Source: Lachnospiraceae bacterium
GTDB lineage: Bacteria; Bacillota; Clostridia; Lachnospirales; Lachnospiraceae
Assembly: GCA_045128635.1 (NCBI GenBank)
Contig: JBGVRS010000170.1
Location: forward strand, 4,253 to 68,252
Reading direction: 5' to 3'
Length of the DNA stretch: 64,000 bases
Under the pieces are notes generated by a model. The model saw only the letters and a program-made list of their open reading frames with translations, ran no database searches and was not told where the DNA came from. How positions within the stretch are numbered: position 1 is the first letter of the stretch; every line of letters begins with the position of its first letter. Of this stretch, positions 44,301 through 51,423 are shown in pieces. The translations under genes were made by a program, and so were the position numbers.

Positions 44301-44881
44301 CCGGAGGCTGGTTCTACTATAAATTTAGACTAGATTCTGCGGATTTTATCAATGACGGACGTTATACGATAACTCTTTCTGACAAAGACGAAGCGGGAAA
44401 TATAAGAACAAATGGTGATGCGCCAATCGAATTCTATATTGATAAGAGTACACCGGTGATTGAGAGTGTAATTGGTCTGGAAGAAGCAATCGTTAACACA
44501 GATAAACAAACAGTACAGTATGTGATTAGGGACGCAATTGCTCTGAAAAGTGTGAAAATTTATGTAAATGGAAAGATAATTTCTGACATCAAAGAATTTG
44601 ATGATTTAACTATATATAATGGTGAATTTACCATCCATACCGGTATGAAACAGAAAATACGTATTATAATAGAAGATAAAGCCGGGAATGTACTGGATAC
44701 ATCAGAAGTATCCTTTGAACCTGCGTATCCATTTAACGATGAAATAACAGTATCTACGAATTTCTGGATTCGGTGGTACGCGAATGAACCACTTTTCTGG
44801 AGTTTTGTAGCAGGGCTGGCGGCAGTGATTGTGGGAGGTAGTGTTTGGTTTCTATTAAAAAAGAAGTATAATAAAGAATAA
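41306..44881 (+). CDS. Large (~1190 aa) cell-surface protein of repeated Ig-like modules with C-terminal TM anchor
   Basis: ATG at 41306 follows AAAGGAG. It has a signal peptide (MYKKVLVILVIVLTMGIFCGTNVQA) and eight D-x-[ST]-x-P module starts at 106-125-aa spacing. The C-terminal TM is followed by a KKKYNKE tail, and there is no LPXTG. Confidence 0.85.
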   Translation: MYKKVLVILVIVLTMGIFCGTNVQATTAEITLETEDNQKVYDGRAVFNDKVRFQVALKETETLLSDVELEVILKNHQGTIENTYTADSDIWISKEENSMIGELKELEDGYYTLEVNITDEEGKSATQSTVSFIKDSTKPKVSVKNNLTYHEERMEENCYTGGFLTVTIEEMTFTTEEEAIIKGIETKAEDWNTIIDEETGQATKTITLRFGDEENYQEGDYKFNVTVKDVFERESTYIIEDFVIDYTSPVLQSISYDTESAFHTVGTKDYVNAPTKITFTIKERNPAANHSFIANDKEKREHKWTEIAEDLYTTEVNVPMFGEKGDEQTIMMKIVDKSGNKAVLGKETILRSANNTTFEAGVFTDKFTVDTVAPVIRLEYEKLEPNRFNIEGIDYFNQPVTVKVTIDEHNVEESFFELSIKTTDEDIIYEESEWTGTGDIYVKTFTFRKDNRYDLSVCGTDIAKNPLKIQTVDKVTAINEEDGTVILKTAVDQTLPWIELAAKTTAVNTTIDGQPLYNKDVIYEATVGDPLLNNYASGIHNIRFALKGEDGTSLEYDAGSQLISDVKIASESFNTNGIILSVNAEDVSTNKKAISTKAIAIDTTAPMAEVSYDNNEVSNEKYFHAERTATITVTERNFSDDCFQFLVNGEDQKLEFKLANTGSGNRDDAVWTASYTFASDGDYQVDCILKDRAENPGTVSYRGMAAQDFTVDRTSPVVKIEFDNHNVFHENYYNAQRIATIIVTEHNFDSGDVVIVGTSTDAGVEITYPVLSDWSSNGDEHRATLTFAKDALYTLDVEYKDLAENAANDVLEERFAVDTTDPELTITGVENETPYPDEVRPKIHFSDNNYDRYEAKLIRVEREKSDVNVTEDMIGRIGVAIDATGRGMGGKIIENVPHLKENDGIYTLSVTVYDKAGRQTEKSVTYSVNRFGSVYVYSDDLTALLKGYHRAATGDLFIEVYNADRLLEASTKLEITCDGAKLANQKSQADVKEALRQNTGGWFYYKFRLDSADFINDGRYTITLSDKDEAGNIRTNGDAPIEFYIDKSTPVIESVIGLEEAIVNTDKQTVQYVIRDAIALKSVKIYVNGKIISDIKEFDDLTIYNGEFTIHTGMKQKIRIIIEDKAGNVLDTSEVSFEPAYPFNDEITVSTNFWIRWYANEPLFWSFVAGLAAVIVGGSVWFLLKKKYNKE

Positions 44882-44903
44882 GAGAATATGCATAGGTAGA
44901 AAG

Positions 44904-44937
44904 AAACACCCCGGAAATTTGATTTCCGGGGTGTTTT
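44904..44937. terminator. Bidirectional terminator
   Basis: AAACACCCCGGAAAT-TTG-ATTTCCGGGGTGTTT perfect 15-bp stem. Confidence 0.9.
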
Positions 44938-44943
44938 ACAGTC

Positions 44944-45927
44944 TTAATTATTGAGCATTTCTCTGACTTTTTCTTCGCTCAAACAGAGTTTCTTGGCAGC
45001 ATCAGCTACAGTGATGATGCCGTCCCGAAGCAGTTCTACATAAGTTTCAAGCTTCCCTTGCGAAATGCCTTGTGAGATACCTTGCGAAATACCCTGATTA
45101 ATTCCAGCTTTAAAGGCCTTTTCTGCAATACCCTGACTTACATTACACATATTGTTGATACCTCCTTCTAATTCTCGTGACATTTGCATTTGATGTTTTT
45201 CTACTAGAATTCTTTTCTTATTTTCCACATTCAATTCATTTGAAAAGAGCGTGTCCAGCATATGAATCAGCTGGTGCTTACTGTTTTTCTTTTTTGTGGT
45301 AGAAAGTCTGATGAAAGATATGGAAATGTAATCATGCTTCCAATCTTTAACTGGTTTTCCATATACATCTTTCTTTTCAAGATAGTATTCGGTAATCGTA
45401 TCGCACTCTTTTTGCGGAGCGTCGAAAAAAATCCAGATGGAATAGACTTTCTTTAAATCATCATAGTTATTTGCTGTAAATTCCCGGTCTAATTGCTCAG
45501 AAATCATTCTAGCACAGTAAAATACTGCCCGGGGTTCAAAATGATAGGATTCATAATATTTTTTTTGTAACTCAATATTTAATATGAGTTTGATCCGAAT
45601 ATTATCCGGTGTAATCATATAGAATCGCACATCAAAAGTAACTGTTCCTTCATTAGGAATCGTACTCTCATTATTCATTCCGGTGATGGCTTCGGAATCA
45701 AGATTCCGCATTCCTGGGTAAACAGGTATTTTGGAAATTTCCGGTTCGTCTTCAATACAGTTTATGATTGTAGGAATGTCATAATCCTTAAATTCAGTGG
45801 TTCTATACTTAGCAATTCTTGCCAAAACTTGTTTGTCGGCAATCAAAGCTTTTGCATTTTCATCATATTGAGCCTGAATCTTGGCAAGCTCAATATTGTT
45901 AGCCAAATACGTATTTATCGTTTGCAC
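44944..45927 (-). CDS. Rpn-family recombination-promoting nuclease / putative transposase (PD-(D/E)XK)
   Basis: Typical family layout: the DVRFYMI...LILNIELQKK nuclease core and a C-terminal helical region with a (GISQ)n repeat. GTG start after AAAGGAG. Confidence 0.65.
   Translation of the reverse strand: MQTINTYLANNIELAKIQAQYDENAKALIADKQVLARIAKYRTTEFKDYDIPTIINCIEDEPEISKIPVYPGMRNLDSEAITGMNNESTIPNEGTVTFDVRFYMITPDNIRIKLILNIELQKKYYESYHFEPRAVFYCARMISEQLDREFTANNYDDLKKVYSIWIFFDAPQKECDTITEYYLEKKDVYGKPVKDWKHDYISISFIRLSTTKKKNSKHQLIHMLDTLFSNELNVENKKRILVEKHQMQMSRELEGGINNMCNVSQGIAEKAFKAGINQGISQGISQGISQGKLETYVELLRDGIITVADAAKKLCLSEEKVREMLNN
45055..45105 (-). repeat. 12-nt tandem repeat (4 imperfect units) encoding GINQ-GISQ-GISQ-GISQ
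   Basis: Units TTGCGAAATGCC / TTGTGAGATACC / TTGCGAAATACC / CTGATTAATTCC on the + strand. Confidence 0.8.
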
Positions 45928-46202
45928 CTATTCTCCTTTCATTTTAGCAGAAGCTAAAATTACTGTAAACTGATTATTTGGTTGGATGATGCAGGATATT
46001 ATTTGTCCTGAGAAGGACTACCGACATGTTTTAGATAATCATAGATTTTGGATAAGGTTAGAATAACATAAGTATCATGGATTTCACATAGTTTCTTCAT
46101 AAATTCCTAAGAATTTCCCACTTTTATTCTTCATCTTCCTAAAGTATAATGAAACTATGAAAAAGTTTCGTGAATAATACTTACACAGGGAGGGGGAATT
46201 CT

Positions 46203-47159
46203 ATGAAAACAAGAATCCATTTATTAAGTGTATTGCTTGCAGTTGCGATGTTTGTGACGGGGTGTGGGGGCTCCAGCAAATATGAATCAGCAGCATCTGC
46301 ACCAATGGCAGCAGATATGGCAACGGAAGAAGCAGTTGCAGAAGAAGCTATAGAAATGGAAGCCGCAGCTACAGCAGGTGTGGAAACCAGTGTAGAGATT
46401 TCGGAAACTGCGCAGGTGAATAGAAAGCTTATCCGTACCTTTGATATGCAGATTGAAACAAAAGAGTTTGATGCCGTGTTATCCGGCATTCAGACAAAAG
46501 TGCAGGAGCTTGGTGGCTATATTGAACAGTCTTCCTTAGACAGCGGTTCTGCATATTATAGCTCTTACAATCGCTACAGCAATATGACGGTGCGCATTCC
46601 AAGTGATAAACTGGATGGCTTCATCAATGAAGTGAAAGAAACTGCAAATGTGACCTACATTTCAGAGTCCACAGAGGACATCACACTCAGATACGTAGAT
46701 GTGGAAAGCAGAAAAATTGCACTGGAAACAGAACGTGACAGACTGTTAGAACTTCTGGAAAAAGCAGAGACAGTGGAAGATATTATTACCATTGAAGGTC
46801 GTCTCTCAGAAGTGCGTTATCAGCTGGAATCCTATACTTCCCAGCTTCGCACCATGGATAATCAGGTAGACTATAGCACGGTACATATTAATATTCGTGA
46901 AGTTCAGAGAGAAACAAATGTAGAACCAAAAACTTTCTGGGAAGAAGTGACAGAAGAATTCGGCGATACTCTTTATGACCTTGGAAGAGGATTCAGAGAC
47001 TTTGCAATCTGGTTCCTTGGCTCTTCCCCATTAATTGTAGTATGGGTCGTAATCATTGTGGTAGTTGTATTTGTGCTTAGATTTTTTGGGAAAAAGAGAA
47101 AAATCAGAAAGACTTTAAAGACAATGAATCCTGAAGAACAGGGAGAAACAAAAGAATAA
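46203..47159 (+). CDS. DUF4349-domain lipoprotein with C-terminal TM
   Basis: Lipobox LLAVAMFVTGC. The central region with coiled coil (RIPSDKLDGFINEVKE...RDRLLELLEKAETVEDIITIEGRLSEVRYQLE) is typical of DUF4349. ATG at 46203 follows GGAGGGGG. Confidence 0.7.
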   Translation: MKTRIHLLSVLLAVAMFVTGCGGSSKYESAASAPMAADMATEEAVAEEAIEMEAAATAGVETSVEISETAQVNRKLIRTFDMQIETKEFDAVLSGIQTKVQELGGYIEQSSLDSGSAYYSSYNRYSNMTVRIPSDKLDGFINEVKETANVTYISESTEDITLRYVDVESRKIALETERDRLLELLEKAETVEDIITIEGRLSEVRYQLESYTSQLRTMDNQVDYSTVHINIREVQRETNVEPKTFWEEVTEEFGDTLYDLGRGFRDFAIWFLGSSPLIVVWVVIIVVVVFVLRFFGKKRKIRKTLKTMNPEEQGETKE

Positions 47160-47171
47160 TATGAGTTATCT

Positions 47172-47210
47172 ATGAGGCGCATTTTTTTAATGTGCCTCAT
47201 ATTATTTTAT
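47172..47210 (+). terminator. Terminator after the DUF4349 gene
   Basis: ATGAGGCGCAT-loop-ATGTGCCTCAT (one G-U pair) followed by a T-rich stretch. Confidence 0.5.
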
Positions 47211-47476
47211 CAAAAAGGTGCAAAAAAAGTAAAAATAGTGTAAAAATAATTGAAATTCTATCGACTTTTCTGACCAGAGTGCTATAGTGACATTGAAACA
47301 GGTAGTTGTTTTACATAATGACGTTTGAAAGAGATGGAATTAGAAAAACTATTTAAAAAAAACCAGTAGGCAGACAGGAGGTAAGTTCTGACCTTTTTTA
47401 TGTGAAAATAATTATCAATATTCTCGATAGACAAACTTTTGCCTATAGAAAATGTTAATGAAATAGGAGGAAAGAA

Positions 47477-48295
47477 ATGAAGAAGAGATTTTATGCAGGC
47501 TTATTGACCTTTGTGATGATCGTCAATTTAATGTCTGCGGCAGTTTTTGCAGAAGATAGCACACCTGTATGCTTAGCAGAATGTGTTGCAGATGAGCATG
47601 CAGAAGGTTGCCCTGTTTTTGCGTCAGCAGAAGAAGCAAGACTGGCAGAAGAAGCAAAATTAGCAAAGGCAGGAGATACTATTTCGCTTATTCGTAATGT
47701 AGAAGCTTCGAATATTATCACAATTGATAAAGCAATTACATTAGACGGTAATGGCAAGACCCTTACATCAAAAGCAGGACGTGCAATTAACGTAGATACA
47801 ACAGGCGAAGTGACAATCAAGAATCTTGAAATTATTGGTGGAACAGGTTGTGAACGAGGAATCAATATCATCAATAAAGCAGGAACAACGAATATTCAAA
47901 ATGTTAAAATTTCTGGTGAAAGTCATTATGCAGTGCATGTGGCAACATCAGCAGGTGCAGCAAATGTAAATATTACTGATGCTGACCTTACAGGATATGG
48001 AGCAGTTGCTATTTATGGTGAAGGCACAAAGGTTAATGTTACAAATTCTGATTTAACAGGAATCAATACATATACAGGTGATAGTAATGCATTCTTTACA
48101 GTTGCAATCGGCGCGAAAAATACAGCCGTTAATGTAACAGGTGGAAAAATAACAGCAAAGAGTAATGATGGTTATGAAGCTGAGTACATTTTTGGTCATA
48201 ATGCCGATACAAGTACTGGCTCAAAAGTAAACTTAGATACAGAGCTGGTTCTCGAAGGTACAAATACACATTATCTGATGGTCGTATACAGTTGA
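47477..48295 (+). CDS. Secreted parallel beta-helix repeat protein (likely the 5' part of a frame-split surface protein gene)
   Basis: Signal peptide MKKRFYAGLLTFVMIVNLMSAAVFA, then repeated ~22-aa NV.I..S/T.L.G units typical of right-handed beta-helices. Confidence 0.65.
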   Translation: MKKRFYAGLLTFVMIVNLMSAAVFAEDSTPVCLAECVADEHAEGCPVFASAEEARLAEEAKLAKAGDTISLIRNVEASNIITIDKAITLDGNGKTLTSKAGRAINVDTTGEVTIKNLEIIGGTGCERGINIINKAGTTNIQNVKISGESHYAVHVATSAGAANVNITDADLTGYGAVAIYGEGTKVNVTNSDLTGINTYTGDSNAFFTVAIGAKNTAVNVTGGKITAKSNDGYEAEYIFGHNADTSTGSKVNLDTELVLEGTNTHYLMVVYS

Positions 48296-49527
48296 CAGCA
48301 GCATGCGTAAATGGTCATACTTTTGCAGATAAAGTAATCACAGATTCAACATGTACAGCAACAGGAACAGCTCACTATATGTGTGTAGGTTGTGGAACAG
48401 TGAAAGAAGTGAAGACAATCGCAGTCAAGGCTCACAGCTATGGCGGTTACAAATCAGATGAAAACGGTCACTGGAAAGAATGTTCCTGTGGTGCAAAAGT
48501 AGATTCAGGTTCACACAACTATAGAGTAGGCGGCGTTTGTGCTACATGTGGATATGAAATTAAAGTTGAAGTTTACGAACCGGAAACAACAACACCGTCC
48601 ACAAGTACAACAACACCAAGCACAACACCAGCAACATCTACTACAACTACAACACAGACAACAACTAATACAGAAACAACTACACCGGAAACTACTACAA
48701 CACCTTCCGAAGAAATTGCAGTTCCTGTAGAAGAAGTGGTAGTTGATACAAAGATTGTTGAAGAAGTTGCAACTGAAGAAGTAAAAGAAGCTGTGAAAGA
48801 AACTGTAACTGTAGCAGAAGTAAAAGTAGCTGTAACAACAGAAACAGTTGACAAAGTTATCGAAAATACAGAAGCTGGCGCAACAGTCATTCTTCCGTTA
48901 ACAGAAGTGGCAGAAGAAGGACAGGCAGTTACAGAAGCAGAAGTAGCGGTAGAAGCGCTCGAAAAGATTGTTGAAGCAGAAAGTGCATTAACAGTAGAAT
49001 TTGAAGGCGTGAAAGTATCCTTTGATGCAGAGACTGTAAAAGCAATCGCTGAACAGGCTAAAGGCAGTGTGATTGAACTTCGTGTAGTTCCTGTTGAATA
49101 TCATGAATTGAACGAAGAACAGCAGGCTGTTTTAGAAGCACATGATGTTGCAATCTGTGTATCAGCTCAGATTTTCAGTGATGGAGAATACATTGGAGAT
49201 TTCAAGGGTGGAAAGGCAAGAATTGCGATTCCATTTACTCCGGAAGAAGGAAGATTAGCAGAAGACCATAAAGTTTACTATGTAGCTGATGATGGTGAAA
49301 TGACATTGATGCCATTTACATACGCAGACGGACATATGGTTATCGAAACAACACATTTCTCTGACTACGTAATCGTTTATGATGAAGTAGCAGCAGTTGG
49401 AGAAGGTCCTGCAGAAGTAGAAGATGATATGGCTGTAGAAGAAGCTCCGGCAGAAATTGTGGAAGAAGAAGCTGGCTTACCAATCGTTCCAATCATTATT
49501 ATCGTAGTGGTTGTTCTTTTGTTATGA
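48292..49527 (+). CDS. Cys-rich / Thr-rich / Glu-Val-rich tail-anchored surface protein segment (likely the 3' part of the same gene)
   Basis: No RBS, and a TTG start overlapping the upstream stop (TTGA). The frame is open from 48202. It has CxxC-type motifs, a Thr/Pro linker, an acidic region and a terminal hydrophobic anchor (PIVPIIIIVVVVLLL). Confidence 0.55.
   Translation: MTAACVNGHTFADKVITDSTCTATGTAHYMCVGCGTVKEVKTIAVKAHSYGGYKSDENGHWKECSCGAKVDSGSHNYRVGGVCATCGYEIKVEVYEPETTTPSTSTTTPSTTPATSTTTTTQTTTNTETTTPETTTTPSEEIAVPVEEVVVDTKIVEEVATEEVKEAVKETVTVAEVKVAVTTETVDKVIENTEAGATVILPLTEVAEEGQAVTEAEVAVEALEKIVEAESALTVEFEGVKVSFDAETVKAIAEQAKGSVIELRVVPVEYHELNEEQQAVLEAHDVAICVSAQIFSDGEYIGDFKGGKARIAIPFTPEEGRLAEDHKVYYVADDGEMTLMPFTYADGHMVIETTHFSDYVIVYDEVAAVGEGPAEVEDDMAVEEAPAEIVEEEAGLPIVPIIIIVVVVLLL
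48583..48705 (+). repeat. Low-complexity ACA/ACT-rich tract encoding a Thr/Pro/Ser linker
   Basis: Encodes ETTTPSTSTTTPSTTPATSTTTTTQTTTNTETTTPETTTTPS. Confidence 0.85.
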
Positions 49528-49645
49528 AGAAATCTGTTAGTGCAATTACATTATAAGTATTTATATTGTGTCACAAATATAAAAATATTCTATGTTGAAA
49601 ATGTGACTAAAAGGAGATATAATATTAGTACGAAAGGGTGATTTT

Positions 49646-50014
49646 ATGAGCAAAATGATGGAAAACAAAGCAATTATACGTGGAGAACGTTTTAAAATGA
49701 TTCGATCCACTCATGGTTACACACAGGAACAATTAGCTAATTTTTTAAAGATTGATCGAACAATGCTGACAAAATTTGAAAAAGGTGAGCGTTCATTAGG
49801 TATTTCTGTGCTTGAAAAGGCATGTGATTTGTTTGGATGTACTCTTTTGGAACTTGAGTCTAGCACACCGTATGTTCCATTGACTGTTGCTTTTAGAGCC
49901 AAAGAATTAACGGCTGATGATATGGAATCAATTTCTAAAATTCAAAAATTAGTTTTAAACACAAAGAAAATGAAAAAATTAGAAGAAAAGGCGGTGAATA
50001 ATGTTGAAAAGTGA
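49646..50014 (+). CDS. XRE-family HTH transcriptional regulator
   Basis: HTH_3 core: ERFKMIRSTHGYTQEQLANFLKIDRTMLTKFEKGERSLGISVLEKACDLFG. Confidence 0.85.
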   Translation: MSKMMENKAIIRGERFKMIRSTHGYTQEQLANFLKIDRTMLTKFEKGERSLGISVLEKACDLFGCTLLELESSTPYVPLTVAFRAKELTADDMESISKIQKLVLNTKKMKKLEEKAVNNVEK

Positions 50015-50750
50015 AATTCAGCTTAATGCGGAAGCTGTAAAGTTTCGTGAAAAAAAAGGACATAGTAACAAAGAGCCTTTGAATATTTTTAGCCTATTGC
50101 TTTCAGAAAAAAACTATACTTTGATTAAAACGAAACTTTCCAGCAATATCAGTGGGATGTGTATTAGAGATGATGAAACATATTTTATTGCATTGAATTC
50201 AGCGATGTCTTTGGGAAGGCAAAGATTTACTTTAGCGCATGAACTCTATCACTTAGAAATCGAAGGTTTAAACGAGGGGTGTATTTGTGGCTCATCGCTC
50301 TATGACGCAAAAAGTGTTCAAGAAAAAGAAGCGGATATTTTTGCTTCATTTTTATTAATGCCATATGATGGATTAGAATGGTACATTGAATCAAACCAGA
50401 TTAAAAAATGGACAGTGTATGAGGTTATCCGATTAAGTGTGTTTTTTGGTATTAGTTATCTGGCAACGATATGCAGACTGGAGAGGGAAGGGAGAATTGA
50501 TAAAAAACAAGCATCAGAATTAAAAGAATATAATGTTTGCGGAGAAGCGGTAAAATATGGATTGGATCCAAAGTTGTATTATTCGACAGATGAAGAGTTC
50601 CAGGTTATGGGAGATTATCCTAGAAGATTGGAAATATGTAAAGAAAAAGGCATTATGAAACAGGGATTATATAATCAGTATATAAGAGAAGGTAACTTAG
50701 ACGACAAAAAATATCCTGAAATGGAGAGAGGGGTTATTCTGAATGATTGA
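50001..50750 (+). CDS. ImmA/IrrE-family (COG2856) zinc metallopeptidase
   Basis: HEXXH motif in FTLAHELYHLE and a downstream EKEADIFASFLLMP, typical of the family. It overlaps the XRE gene by 14 nt. Confidence 0.8.
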   Translation: MLKSEIQLNAEAVKFREKKGHSNKEPLNIFSLLLSEKNYTLIKTKLSSNISGMCIRDDETYFIALNSAMSLGRQRFTLAHELYHLEIEGLNEGCICGSSLYDAKSVQEKEADIFASFLLMPYDGLEWYIESNQIKKWTVYEVIRLSVFFGISYLATICRLEREGRIDKKQASELKEYNVCGEAVKYGLDPKLYYSTDEEFQVMGDYPRRLEICKEKGIMKQGLYNQYIREGNLDDKKYPEMERGVILND

Positions 50751-51230
50751 TGTCACACAAATGAAATGTGTGTCAGACAATGTCAAAAGAGTGATATTTG
50801 CTGACACAGACGCACTATCCAGCTTCTTGTGGAGAGGCAGATTTGGATTGTTCTTAAAGCTTTTTGAAAAATTGCAAATCATTGATATAGAGGCAGGTAC
50901 GGCAGAATATCATACTTATCTTTATCTTACCGAAGAAGAAGGGATGGGAAAAGGAGAAGCCGCTGCTCTTAGTATGGCAAAGCATTCGGAGTATATTGCA
51001 AGTGTAGCAAGTAATAATTTATCTGATATTTGGGAGTATGTAGAAAAAACAAGATTGATTTATGGACAACTGCAAGAATAATTTATGAATGTCAGTTGGA
51101 GGAGATTATGACGAAAGAGAGCGCGGAACAGCTCTGGAAAAAGATGGTGGAAGACGGAGATAGACTTCCGTTTGATAATTATAATGAGTATGTAAAAAGA
51201 AAAAAAGGTGAAAATAAGACTAGAGGGTAG
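50743..51230 (+). pseudogene. PIN-like domain gene interrupted by a frameshift in an A6 run
   Basis: ORF 50743-51081 (IFADTDALSSFL...GKGEAAALSMA) continues in the +1 frame as ORF 51030-51230 (KNKIDLWTTARIIYECQLEE...). One extra A in GAAAAAAC (51043-51050) would fuse them. The PIN assignment is tentative. Confidence 0.45.
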
Positions 51231-51246
51231 AAAGATAGGGCGTGTT

Positions 51247-51280
51247 CGTAACTGATTCGAACATGCCTTTAATTGTTAGA
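51247..51280 (+). terminator. Terminator-like hairpin
   Basis: GGCGTGTTCG-9 nt-CGAACATGCC followed by TTTA. Confidence 0.45.
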
Positions 51281-51423
51281 AATAGTATGTTTTAGCTACC
51301 GTTTTGTAAAAACTTTATAAAACAGTAGCTAACTTGCCCTTAAATGAGGTATGATATAAGAGGAATATTTTCGAATTTAATCAGAACATACACCGAATCT
51401 TAAGAAATGAGAGGTCACGCAAT

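Noticed and set aside
47266-47434. Possible invertible promoter (inverton) upstream of the beta-helix surface protein: TCTATCGA at ~47268 and TCGATAGA at ~47425
   Set aside because: The inverted repeat is only 8 bp and does not extend. A match of that length is expected by chance in a ~300-bp AT-rich spacer, and no invertase gene is nearby.
45055-48705. CRISPR-like or other spaced repeats (the GISQ repeat and the Thr-codon tract)
   Set aside because: Both are in-frame coding low-complexity tandem repeats with no spacers. No CRISPR array architecture or cas genes occur anywhere in the window.
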